A model generated the notes under the pieces. It saw only the letters and a program-made list of their open reading frames with translations. It was not told the origin of the DNA and did no database searches. From contig CAUQYZ010000003.1 in assembly GCA_963522845.1 (NCBI GenBank), positions 5,914-69,913 of the forward strand: a DNA stretch of 64,000 bases. Direction: 5' to 3'. This stretch comes from an uncultured Candidatus Saccharibacteria bacterium (GTDB lineage: Bacteria; Patescibacteriota; Saccharimonadia; Saccharimonadales; Saccharimonadaceae). This document shows, piece by piece, positions 20,300 through 29,103 of the stretch. The position numbers were made by a program, and so were the translations under genes. Numbering within the stretch: the first letter of the stretch is position 1; the number at the start of each line of letters is the position of its first letter.

Positions 20300-22078
20300 C
20301 TAGTCATCAGAACGGAAAAGGTAATGGAGGTAATCTCGCATCATCCTGGCGCCACAAATGGTGGTGAGGTAACTGGCTAGGGTGGTAGCGACGGCATCGC
20401 TCCAGCGATCGTCGTGGTGACAGATATTGATGGCTTGACGCAGGCGACTATAGAGCGAGCTAACCTCTTCCTGGTAGTCGTCACCACTAACTAGCAGAGT
20501 GGTCGGTGGAGCAACATCGGCAACACCACCGTCATTTGTGGTCACTAGTAATGCTAAGTTGGCAAGATCTTTCATAAATGATGTACCGCAGGCCTCCAGG
20601 CCAACCACTGGCACATTGACCGAGATGTCTGAGCCGAAGCTCATCGCTCGGGCTAGATTCTCGTCGTAATCGGTGATGTAGTGAACTCGTCGTCTGAGGA
20701 CCGGATCGTCAGCGATACGCTGTAGCATGCTAGCCAGTTTCTGGTAGGTAGAGTCGTCAGCTGAGACATTGCCGGCGATCATCCCCGCCATGATGTAGTG
20801 AGCGTTATAACTAACCAAGATACCCTTGAGCTGCTCGATATCCTCGAAAGGCATCCAGGGACGCTTGTACTCGACAAAGCGACGCTTGTATTCCAGTAAG
20901 ATGGCATCATCGGGGATCTGGACTACAGCCCCATATTGGTCTTGACGATGAGCCAGCTCGCTATTGAGCTGAGCTCTACCCTGCCGCTTGAGCTGGCGCA
21001 GCCGACTAAGATTGGCCCGGAAGATCTGGCGAATCTGGTCGGCGGTTGCCACTCCGGGCATGTTGAAGCGATCAATGATGCCACTGTGCTTGTAGAAATC
21101 AAGCAGCTCCGGCTTAACCCAGCTCTGCAGGTGGATGCCATTAGTGATAGCGCTGAAGTGGGTCTTCTCGCCCGACAGGTCGTGATAATCAGCTACCTTG
21201 GCATGGAGCTTAGAGACGCAGTTCTTCGCCTCGGCCAGCTCAATTGTCAAGCTGCTGAGCTGTAGGTAGCCGTCTTGGAATAGCCCGCTGATATAGTGGT
21301 CAACTGCTGGTGATTTAATATTAGGAAAGACGAAGCGGTCGAACTGCTCGTGACTAAACTGCGACTCAGCGGCTTGCACCAAGGTGTGATTGGTGTAGAG
21401 AGTGTGCTTGCGAACGTAGACAATCGCCTCGTATAGATTCATGCCATTGCTGCAGAGCTCATCCAGGCGAGCTACAGCAGCGAAAACGGTGGCGGTTTCG
21501 TTGAGCTGGATAACGGCGGGCTTAAGATCAGCCATCTTGAGGGCAGCGTAGCCACCAAAGCCGAGCGATGTCATCTGATAGAGACGATGGTCGCTGGAAG
21601 GCGTGTCGCAGTAGAGCGGTCCGAAGTTGGGCTCGGTCATGCAGAGAAAACGGCTACTGCCTAGCTGCTTTTGGTAGATGTCAAGCGTGGCGTCAGGCTT
21701 GTCTTTGATGTGAAGCGCTACTTGCCCGATCGCCTGGAAGCCTTCTGCCTCAGGGCTACGGCTAATGTAGTCGTCATGTGGCTCGAGTTTCTCTAGACGC
21801 TGGTGTCGCTCAGTCTGATAAAAGGGAGTTAAGGTGACAAAGGGTATCTCCAAGTCTTCTGCCACCCGACGGGTGTCGGCGGCCAGAACGCCCAGTCCCC
21901 CTGCCCCACGGATGCCATTAGCCTGGTCGTAGACCTCCATGGTGGTATAGACGTATGGTCGTACGGGGCTGATCTTGTGGATCAGGTTGCGACGGTCGAT
22001 CGTCTGGTAAAACTCAGCGACATCTTCAATTTTAGCTTGGGAAGCCCGCTGCTTCCCTTTTGGTACTTGCCCACTCAT
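20300..22078 (-). CDS. glgP: Compact alpha-glucan (glycogen/starch) phosphorylase, GT35
   Basis: GGLGVLAAD, QLNET, YTNHT, ITNGIH, RRFVEYKR, EACGTSFMK (PLP lysine motif). Confidence 0.85.
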   Translation of the reverse strand: MSGQVPKGKQRASQAKIEDVAEFYQTIDRRNLIHKISPVRPYVYTTMEVYDQANGIRGAGGLGVLAADTRRVAEDLEIPFVTLTPFYQTERHQRLEKLEPHDDYISRSPEAEGFQAIGQVALHIKDKPDATLDIYQKQLGSSRFLCMTEPNFGPLYCDTPSSDHRLYQMTSLGFGGYAALKMADLKPAVIQLNETATVFAAVARLDELCSNGMNLYEAIVYVRKHTLYTNHTLVQAAESQFSHEQFDRFVFPNIKSPAVDHYISGLFQDGYLQLSSLTIELAEAKNCVSKLHAKVADYHDLSGEKTHFSAITNGIHLQSWVKPELLDFYKHSGIIDRFNMPGVATADQIRQIFRANLSRLRQLKRQGRAQLNSELAHRQDQYGAVVQIPDDAILLEYKRRFVEYKRPWMPFEDIEQLKGILVSYNAHYIMAGMIAGNVSADDSTYQKLASMLQRIADDPVLRRRVHYITDYDENLARAMSFGSDISVNVPVVGLEACGTSFMKDLANLALLVTTNDGGVADVAPPTTLLVSGDDYQEEVSSLYSRLRQAINICHHDDRWSDAVATTLASYLTTICGARMMRDYLHYLFRSDD

Positions 22079-22340
22079 AACTAACCTTATTGTATCAGAC
22101 TAACACTGCTTATGCTAATGCCGGTAGTCGCTATGTGCGCTGGGTGGTTCGGCATTATTAACGATCTTTGTCAACCACACTGTTCTGCTTACATTAAGAA
22201 CGCCTCACTCTAGTTGATGCTACTTCTTTGATGTAATCTTAGGCTTCGTTGTTTGAATATGCTATTTTACATTTTTCCACTAATTCATTTTACATATTTC
22301 CGGCATTTTAGTTTACAATTTTCTAACGCTTATGCTTAGT

Positions 22341-24389
22341 CTAGTGAGAATGAGCACCGGCTAGCTTGGCCGGACTTGATTGGTGCTTGGCTCGGTATGA
22401 CATGGCGAAGGCTAGTAAAGATAGGCTGATCACCAAGGTAACGGTCATGTAGATGTACGAGGCGGTAGCCGACGACTCGGTGATACCGCCGGCGATGGCG
22501 GAGCGAATGGCGGTCAGCGAGTATGTCATGGGGACTACTTGGTGGAGGGCTTGATATAGCCCCGGCGAGGTCTCGATCGGGAAGGTGCCGCCGGCTGAGC
22601 CGAGCGATAGAATCATGATCACCATACCGATGAAGCGCCCGATATTACCTAGTGATATAGCGAGGAAGAGATTGAGAAACATCATGGCATTAGCGTAGAG
22701 GATAAGGATGGCGTAGAAGCGGACGGGGTTAGCTGGGTGAAAGCCGACTCCCTGCATGACCACTCCCATGATCAGCGCCATAGCAGTGGCGACGCCGGCA
22801 CCGATGGTGACCTTGCTGAGATACCAGCCTCGCCAACTACCCTGCCGCTCAGCTTTACGTTCTACTGGGTAGATTGAGCAGAAGACCAAACAACCGACGA
22901 AGATAGCGACCGAGAAGAAGTACGGCGCCAGACCATGGGCGTAGTTAGGAACCTGGCTCTGGCGCTGATGCTCCAGGGTGACCGGCTGACTAATCTGACG
23001 AGCGGTTTTGCCAGATAGTGGTGTCTTGGCGATAGTGTCGGCGCCAGATTGTAGCTTAGCTCGGAGCAATTCGCTACCATCAGCTAATTGATTTGCTCCG
23101 TTTGCTAGCTGCCGAGCGCCTTGCGCCAGGGCTGGTGCTTTACTGTCCAGCTCAGCCGCTCCGAGATTGAGCTGATTGGCGCCGGTTGCTAGCTGGCGCA
23201 GCTTGGTCTGAGCTGATGGACTGTTGATCTGATTGCTCAGCTGGTGTAGTTGGTTAGCTAGGTGGCTAGTGCCATTAGCTACTTGGTCGGCGCCCAGGCT
23301 GAGTCGGTCTAGTCCGCCGGCTAGCTGAGCGAATTGCTCGGTGATGGGCTGGGCATTGGGTAATTGAGTTAGTTGAGTCTGGAGCTTGGCTAGATCTAGC
23401 TTGGCTAGAGCCTGAGCTGACTTAGTAAACTTAGGGTTGGTGCCAGCCTGTGCCTTCTGGGCGATGACGAGCTTGACATCGGCATCATTGAGAATGGTGG
23501 CGATGTGGCTAATGCTACCACCGGCTGTGACCTTGAGCTGCTCGAGTGAGACCAGGTTATGGCTGAGCTGACCAAGCTTAGTCTTGGTTTGCTGACCGGT
23601 GAGCTTGGTGGCATCGGCTAACTTTCTTGCACCGTTGTTGAGACGGTCAATCTGAGGCAGAGATGCTTTGACATTGTCACCCAGGGTTTTAGTCTGATTT
23701 GTTAGCTGGTTGACACCGCCGGCTAAGTCAGTCGAGCCGCTAGCCAGCTGATGGGAGCCGCTAGCGAGGGTGTCGGTGCCATTAGATAGCCGGACTAGTC
23801 CATCCGACAGCTTGCCTGCTCCGCTACTCAGCTCGCCTGCCCCAGCGGAAGCAGTCTGAAGCCCTCGTCCGGACTGCTTGATAATATCTATCAAGGCGTT
23901 GGCGTAGGTGGTGGTAATCTCAGCAGAAATCTGCGACTTGATCCGGCGAACTGCCGTACTCGCTACTGTCTCGATCGGGTAGTTAAGTGAAGCGTTAGTC
24001 TGATAACGGAGCTTTAATTGCTGCGGGTCAAGCTGAGTGACGGTCGTGGCGTTATGGGAAAAGTCGGTCGGGATGGTCACCGCCAGGTAGTATTTATTAT
24101 CCTTCATTCCCTGCTTTGCCTCATCCTCGTCGACAAACTGCCAGTCGAAGGTGTGGTTACGGTGCAGGCTATCGACCACCTTTTGCCCCAGGTTCATCGT
24201 CTTGCCTTGGTACGACACCGGCTGATCTTGGTTGACTACGGCAACCTTGAGCTGATCCAAGTGGCTATATGGATCCCAGATTCCTTTCAGGAAAACTACG
24301 GCATACAGCACCGGGATACAACAAATAGCGATGGTGGTGACCATTAGCATTTTACTCTGTCGGATATTTTTGAGCTCCGCCTTAATCAT
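22341..24389 (-). CDS. YhgE/Pip family membrane protein
   Basis: WDPY, VAVVNQD, QLANGANQLADG repeats, GGTFPIE; ATG 24389 after SD AAGGAGG. Confidence 0.92.
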   Translation of the reverse strand: MIKAELKNIRQSKMLMVTTIAICCIPVLYAVVFLKGIWDPYSHLDQLKVAVVNQDQPVSYQGKTMNLGQKVVDSLHRNHTFDWQFVDEDEAKQGMKDNKYYLAVTIPTDFSHNATTVTQLDPQQLKLRYQTNASLNYPIETVASTAVRRIKSQISAEITTTYANALIDIIKQSGRGLQTASAGAGELSSGAGKLSDGLVRLSNGTDTLASGSHQLASGSTDLAGGVNQLTNQTKTLGDNVKASLPQIDRLNNGARKLADATKLTGQQTKTKLGQLSHNLVSLEQLKVTAGGSISHIATILNDADVKLVIAQKAQAGTNPKFTKSAQALAKLDLAKLQTQLTQLPNAQPITEQFAQLAGGLDRLSLGADQVANGTSHLANQLHQLSNQINSPSAQTKLRQLATGANQLNLGAAELDSKAPALAQGARQLANGANQLADGSELLRAKLQSGADTIAKTPLSGKTARQISQPVTLEHQRQSQVPNYAHGLAPYFFSVAIFVGCLVFCSIYPVERKAERQGSWRGWYLSKVTIGAGVATAMALIMGVVMQGVGFHPANPVRFYAILILYANAMMFLNLFLAISLGNIGRFIGMVIMILSLGSAGGTFPIETSPGLYQALHQVVPMTYSLTAIRSAIAGGITESSATASYIYMTVTLVISLSLLAFAMSYRAKHQSSPAKLAGAHSH

Positions 24390-24921
24390 CTGCGACCTCC
24401 TTTTGGTTAATGGTGAAGATAGCATTGGTCTCGACACTAGGGTCGTTCCAGTCCAGCTGGGGTAAATGGCGATGTGACGAAATGACTCGGTCGATGATAT
24501 CGCCGATATTTACTTCGCTCAGCACCTGTCGCCAGACGGCATCGGCGGTCATGAAGATGCGGTGTACCGCCTGGTCGGCTGTAGTGATGGCTTGGTGAGC
24601 GTTGGTGTTAGTTTGGCTAGCAAAGATAGCACTAAAGAGCCCCGTGCTGGGAAAGCTGTCTACCCTGCCCTCCAGTGCTTCGACGACCTCCAGGATAGAG
24701 ATCTGCCCGACGGGACGAGCCAGGGTGAATCCACCGCTATTCCCCGGCACTGATTTGACGATGCCGGCGACGACCAGCTTGCGCAGCAACTTCTGGCTAT
24801 ACGTCATAGATGTCGGCAGGCGTCGCTGCAAGGTGCGAGATGAGACGGGGATAGCCTTGGCCTGAGTGGCGAGGATCGCCATCAGGCAGACCCCCTGCTC
24901 AAAGCTCTTAGTTAGCTTCAT
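24382..24921 (-). CDS. Rrf2-family transcriptional regulator (no Fe-S Cys triad)
   Basis: YSQKLLRKLVVAGIVKSVPGNSGGFTLARP...ISILEVVEALEG. Confidence 0.92.
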   Translation of the reverse strand: MKLTKSFEQGVCLMAILATQAKAIPVSSRTLQRRLPTSMTYSQKLLRKLVVAGIVKSVPGNSGGFTLARPVGQISILEVVEALEGRVDSFPSTGLFSAIFASQTNTNAHQAITTADQAVHRIFMTADAVWRQVLSEVNIGDIIDRVISSHRHLPQLDWNDPSVETNAIFTINQKEVADD

Positions 24922-24936
24922 GTGGCCTCCCTAGCT

Positions 24937-24969
24937 GATATCCAATATCCATCGTGGATAAAATATATC
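24937..24969. promoter_or_regulatory. Putative Rrf2 operator dyad
   Basis: Two GATA-N5-TATC boxes (24937-24949, 24957-24969) forming a dyad around TATCCA-tcg-TGGATA just upstream of the Rrf2 RBS. Confidence 0.55.
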
Positions 24970-25072
24970 TATAATGAATAATAGTCAAGGGCTAATGTGG
25001 TATGGCTGAGGATGCCAGATGAATGATGATGGGGGTTAGCCGCCTTGACGCACTCAGCAATCTATTACGCTT

Positions 25073-25318
25073 ATGCTTGACAAATGCGGGGGGGGTGTTA
25101 CAGTGAGTAACATCAAGCTGCACTTGGTAACAGACCAAGTGGCTTGCGTTCCTAAGGAGGAACAAATGGACTTTGAGGTGAAGAATATAAAAGGGGACGT
25201 AAGTCCCCAAATGATTGACATCGCCGTAGCGGCAATCCTCGCCTGCGAGGAGGCGGGGATGCCTAAGTCGTTCACCATTGAGGTCAAGCCTCAGGAAGGA
25301 GGTGAATCTGAAAGCTAG
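25073..25318 (+). CDS. Small hypothetical protein (start possibly GTG 25103)
   Basis: ORF with G-rich RBS, followed by a terminator. Confidence 0.55.
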   Translation: MLDKCGGGVTVSNIKLHLVTDQVACVPKEEQMDFEVKNIKGDVSPQMIDIAVAAILACEEAGMPKSFTIEVKPQEGGESES

Positions 25319-25391
25319 TTTTAGTTCTACCCGGCGGGTCGGCGTATGTACGTTATGCGCCGGCTCGCTGGCATCTCTATCCACCCTCCAC

Positions 25392-25426
25392 TCCCCCTAC
25401 TTACGAGTAGGGGGATTTTCTTTTTT
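25392..25426 (+). terminator. Intrinsic terminator
   Basis: TCCCCCTACT-tacg-AGTAGGGGGA followed by a T-rich run. Confidence 0.75.
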
Positions 25427-25438
25427 GCCGACCTCGGA

Positions 25439-25541
25439 ATGGTGTATAATCTTATTAGCTTTATTGGGATGTCGCCAAGTGGTAAGGCATCAGGTTTTGG
25501 TCCTGACATTCGGGGGTTCGAATCCCTCCATCCCAACCAAA
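25439..25541 (+). repeat. attL (103-bp direct repeat, one mismatch with attR)
   Basis: Identical to 53743-53845 except T25464 versus C53768. Confidence 0.95.
25465..25539 (+). tRNA. tRNA-Gln(UUG), left copy
   Basis: Acceptor TGGGATG/CATCCCA, anticodon arm TCAGG-TTTTGGT-CCTGA, GGTTCGAATCC T-arm, encoded CCA. Confidence 0.97.
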
Positions 25542-25554
25542 AGATGAACTGATT

Positions 25555-25582
25555 AGGATAGGCAAAATGCCTATCCTTTTTT
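25555..25582 (+). terminator. Phage-borne terminator 1 after the left tRNA
   Basis: AGGATAGGCA-aaa-TGCCTATCCT plus T run. Confidence 0.9.
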
Positions 25583-25586
25583 ATTT

Positions 25587-25620
25587 ACAGCAGACGAGAA
25601 CGATTCGCCTGCTGTTTTTT
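25587..25620 (+). terminator. Phage-borne terminator 2
   Basis: ACAGCAGACGAG...TTCGCCTGCTGT plus T run. Confidence 0.8.
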
Positions 25621-25623
25621 ATT

Positions 25624-25960
25624 GGGGTCTCAATTCGGTTTATCGAGACTCCATAGAGAATACCAGAGAGTGCGAAAAGCGTGCTGAAGTTTGTTTGAGA
25701 GGCACATGCAAGTAGCACATCGGGATGCGATCTACTGCTGTCGGAGAAAATTATTAGCTGTCCGGCGGAGCTAAGAAACTTAACAATTCGGTAATATCAA
25801 CTAACTACGCTTGGATTGGCTCGACGAGCTAATCAAGCTAAACAACTCTCGCCTTTAGGCTGAGGTGGTGAAGCCGTTGTAGCCCATGCCTTTCTTTCGC
25901 AGCTTCATTAATCTTGGCTTGACCATCTCTACCTAGAGACGAGACTTACCCGGAAAGGAG
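25624..25960 (+). promoter_or_regulatory. Structured early-operon leader with two sRNA target sites and a boxA-like element
   Basis: Serial hairpins; 22-mer 25626-25647 complementary to 52000-52021; CAATTCGGT repeated at 25784-25792; ACTTAACAA at 25778-25786. Confidence 0.6.
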
Positions 25961-25968
25961 AAAATAGT

Positions 25969-26112
25969 ATGTGGTTAGAAGTACTGTCGACTTTAGTTGG
26001 CATTAGCCCCCTGTTCATCGCTTGGGCGCTAGCAGTTTGGCTAATCAATCAGTTTAAGTACGACGAGAACGGTTACGAGATAGAACGCTGGTGGAGGCAG
26101 ATCCGTTTCTAG
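25969..26112 (+). CDS. 47-aa single-TM peptide, first early gene (below ORF-track cutoff)
   Basis: MWLEVLSTLVGISPLFIAWALAVWLINQFKYDENGYEIERWWRQIRF; SD AAGGAG. Confidence 0.7.
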   Translation: MWLEVLSTLVGISPLFIAWALAVWLINQFKYDENGYEIERWWRQIRF

Positions 26113-26114
26113 TT

Positions 26115-26465
26115 ATGGCAATGAGTATGAAGGATTGGGATAAGGCAATTCCTAATGAGCTTGCTGCTTTACTAAGGGAGCGCCGTGATAATATCACCGA
26201 AAACATCGACTTCGGAATAGTGAGAATGAATGATGACGGTGAGATATCCAACTGGCACAGTGTTCTGATCAACGCTGTAATGATGAGCGATGCCGTCGAT
26301 GATTACATCAGGGATTATCGCAACGATCGATGCAGCCGTGATGAATATGGCTGGCTGATGGATAAAGCGGCTGATTACGTCGACGAAGAGAACATTGTCG
26401 ATTACAACTCGGCTGTAGATGAATACCTCAAGCTGGCACAAAGAAAGGAGTACGAATATGAGTAA
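26115..26465 (+). CDS. Acidic phage hypothetical protein
   Basis: ORF tightly packed between the peptide gene and recT; start uncertain. Confidence 0.7.
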   Translation: MAMSMKDWDKAIPNELAALLRERRDNITENIDFGIVRMNDDGEISNWHSVLINAVMMSDAVDDYIRDYRNDRCSRDEYGWLMDKAADYVDEENIVDYNSAVDEYLKLAQRKEYEYE

Positions 26466-27318
26466 CACTTCGGGTGGCAAGTCGATGACTCTCGCCCGAT
26501 ACATCCACGACGATAACGTTAAGGCGAGGATTAACCAGCTACTGGCGGAACGAACTCCCCAGTTCGTCACCAGCCTGATTTCAGCGGTCAACGCCAGTAG
26601 CAGTCTGGCGAAATGTGAGCCTCGGTCAGTCCTCACCGCTGCTCTGACAGCAGCTTCGATGAAGCTTGAGATTAACCCTAATCTTGGATTTGCCTATCTA
26701 ATACCCTACGACACCAAAAATGGTAGCTTATGTCAGTTTCAAATGGGCTACAAAGGGTTTATCCAGTTAGCTCAGCGGTCGGGGTTGTACAAGACTATCA
26801 ACGCCGAAGATGTGCGAGAGGGCGAGATTATCTCTCGTGATCGATTGTCCGGTGACATCAAGTTCAATTGGGCTGACGACAAGACCAGACAGAAGCTCAA
26901 GGTAGTTGGCTACGTCGCCTATTTTGAGCTACTTAACGGCTTTAGCAAGATGCTCTACATGACAACTGACGAGCTTCTGGTTCACGCTAAGAAGTACAGC
27001 AAGGCGTTTGCTAAGACCGGCGCCGGTGTCTGGGTCGATGAGTTTGACGGCATGGCGAAGAAGACTGTTCTAAAGCTCCTGATTAGCAAGTACGGAGCGC
27101 TTGACACCGAGCTTCAAAAAGCCGTCGTCAGTGACCAGGTGGTTGACGGAGCCTACGTGGACAATCCCAACTCGCCGGAGGCAAAGGCTGAGGACGCAGA
27201 AGAAATGAAAGCGATGGTGCGCAAGAAGCTGGGCATCGAGCCGGGTAACGGTGGCGAGACTGTTGACCCGCTAGCACCCATAACCATGGAGGATTTTGAT
27301 AAGCATGAAAATAGTTAA
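26458..27318 (+). CDS. recT: RecT-family single-strand annealing protein
   Basis: LEINPNLGFAYLIPY, QFQMGYKGFIQLAQRSG, MAKKTVLK; SD AAGGAG. Confidence 0.93.
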   Translation: MSNTSGGKSMTLARYIHDDNVKARINQLLAERTPQFVTSLISAVNASSSLAKCEPRSVLTAALTAASMKLEINPNLGFAYLIPYDTKNGSLCQFQMGYKGFIQLAQRSGLYKTINAEDVREGEIISRDRLSGDIKFNWADDKTRQKLKVVGYVAYFELLNGFSKMLYMTTDELLVHAKKYSKAFAKTGAGVWVDEFDGMAKKTVLKLLISKYGALDTELQKAVVSDQVVDGAYVDNPNSPEAKAEDAEEMKAMVRKKLGIEPGNGGETVDPLAPITMEDFDKHENS

Positions 27319-28048
27319 GATATCGCAGAGCAACGAGCGAGCGAAGTGGAAAGACTTTCGGCGAGGAAAGATCACCGGCACTTCGATCGGTAGCTTATAT
27401 GCGAAAAGCCGGAGTAAAGACGGTGGATTTACTGACAAACCTCTAGATACTCTTTGGGCTAAAGTCGGCGAGAGATTAAGTATTGCCGGCGAAGACGAAG
27501 CCCCTATCGTGCGCGGTATTAGACTGGAGGATACGGCTGTCGAGAAAGCCTGCGAGATGCTTGGACTCGACAACTACGTTAGTGACGCCCTTACATGGCA
27601 AAGTGATGAAAATGAGAACTGGCTATGTTCTCCCGACGCCTACGAGGACGTTGCTGAGCCGACCTGGGCGATGGAGGTTAAGTGCCTCGACACTAAGAAT
27701 CACCTACGGATGATATTCAACGGCTGTGTTGATGAAGCGTATCAATACCAAGTGGCCAACTACTTCTTGGTTAACGAGAAGCTTGATCGGCTATACTTCG
27801 TCCTCTACGACGATCGCCTGGCTATCCCGGGGCTAGTTATGAAGGTGTTCGTTGTCACCAGGGATGACGTCATAGATACAATCGAGCTGCTGCGTCGGAC
27901 CCGAGATAAGGCGGAGATACAGATCGACAACATCGTTAAGCAACTACTCGATATGGCTAAAGAGATGAAGGTTGTTAAAGAGGCTGAGATTGTATCCCCT
28001 CCTGCCGAGGTCAAGACTAAAACCTTAAAGGCAGCTAACGCCAACTGA
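27305..28048 (+). CDS. YqaJ/lambda-exonuclease family protein
   Basis: W...RRGKITGT, RGIRLE, CSPDA, MEVKC, YQYQ; adjacent to recT. Confidence 0.88.
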   Translation: MKIVKISQSNERAKWKDFRRGKITGTSIGSLYAKSRSKDGGFTDKPLDTLWAKVGERLSIAGEDEAPIVRGIRLEDTAVEKACEMLGLDNYVSDALTWQSDENENWLCSPDAYEDVAEPTWAMEVKCLDTKNHLRMIFNGCVDEAYQYQVANYFLVNEKLDRLYFVLYDDRLAIPGLVMKVFVVTRDDVIDTIELLRRTRDKAEIQIDNIVKQLLDMAKEMKVVKEAEIVSPPAEVKTKTLKAANAN

Positions 28049-28069
28049 GGCACTGGAGGAATATGAGCG

Positions 28070-28327
28070 ATGATGTTCATAAGGCGGGCGATCTTAGGAG
28101 TAAAAAGACTAAGACTCCTGGAGCGTCGCCCAAAGCTAAAGCTGAAGGGCAAAGTCGATTGGCCAGGTTCAAGATTTACTTCGAGGGAATCTAGGCAAGA
28201 GACGAAAAAAGAGATCGCTAGGCGTCGTGAGGTCTTTAATCAGACAAGACCTCACGATGATATAGATGATCTGATAGAAGCACTGGAGTTTGAAAACTTT
28301 ATGAGGGATAAATATGACCATAGATAG
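28070..28327 (+). CDS. Phage hypothetical protein
   Basis: ORF in packed early operon; SD GGAGG. Confidence 0.55.
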   Translation: MMFIRRAILGVKRLRLLERRPKLKLKGKVDWPGSRFTSRESRQETKKEIARRREVFNQTRPHDDIDDLIEALEFENFMRDKYDHR

Positions 28328-28598
28328 ACTAACGATACACGAAATGAAGATTAGGCGTATCACCATCGTAAGTGGATACGCCTCCATCGATAAGAGGCAA
28401 AAAGATGCCATCAATGCTTCTGCCTCTGCCGCCGCTAGCTCCGGCAGGCTTGGCTCCGACAAGGTGTTTTATAACTTAGGACGAGCCGATGGATTTAGGC
28501 AGGACTTGGGTGCTTATTTTGACGATATGACTTGTTTAGTAGATAGGCTCTTGCGACTGCTCGACAACGAACTAGCATCAACTAAGCAGGAGAAATAA
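28314..28598 (+). CDS. Phage hypothetical protein
   Basis: Overlapping ORF in early operon. Confidence 0.65.
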   Translation: MTIDRLTIHEMKIRRITIVSGYASIDKRQKDAINASASAAASSGRLGSDKVFYNLGRADGFRQDLGAYFDDMTCLVDRLLRLLDNELASTKQEK

Positions 28599-28602
28599 GC
28601 GA

Positions 28603-29103
28603 TTGAGCGAAGACGCTAGAAAGACAGTCCTAGACCCATGTTGCGGTGGCAGAATGTTTTATTTCTATAAGCACCACCCGCTGGTCATGCATGGCGATAT
28701 CCGTTCAGAGCGGGTCTCCATGTCTGATCGTGGCAAGCTCAGGACATTGGACATTAACCCGGATATGCTACTCGACTTTACCGATATGGACTTTGGGGAT
28801 GACAGCTTTAAGTTTGTGGTTTTCGACCCGCCCCATCTCATAAATTGTGGGGAGAATAGCTGGCTGGCGAAGAAGTATGGCAAGCTCGATAAAAGCAGTT
28901 GGAAGGAGGTCTTGAGTAAGGGGTTGAGCGAATGCATACGTGTTGTCGAGCCTGGTTGTGTTGTAGCCATGAAGTGGAGCGAGGGCGACGTATCGACGGC
29001 TAAACTTCTAAAGGCGTTGCCCTATCAGCCTGTTTTCGGCGATAAACAAGGCAAGAAGCGATGGTTATTTTTTATTAAAGAACTGAAGGGAGAAAATAAA
29101 TGA
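28603..29103 (+). CDS. Phage SAM-dependent methyltransferase (amino-MTase-like)
   Basis: VLDPCCGGRMF (motif I-like), VVFDPPHL (motif IV-like), KYG.L. Confidence 0.85.
   Translation: MSEDARKTVLDPCCGGRMFYFYKHHPLVMHGDIRSERVSMSDRGKLRTLDINPDMLLDFTDMDFGDDSFKFVVFDPPHLINCGENSWLAKKYGKLDKSSWKEVLSKGLSECIRVVEPGCVVAMKWSEGDVSTAKLLKALPYQPVFGDKQGKKRWLFFIKELKGENK

Noticed and set aside
23040..23860. Repetitive DNA in the YhgE/Pip gene
   Set aside because: Ordinary heptad (QLxxGAxxL) repeats of this family
25278..25552. ORFs across the tRNA (also 53605-53878)
   Set aside because: They are translations of the tRNA/att repeat
25681..25701. Extra 7-8-nt complementarities between the sRNA (TCAGCGC, CTCTCAAA) and the early leader
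   Set aside because: Too short, partly buried in the sRNA stem, and in parallel order; not distinguishable from chance without homologues
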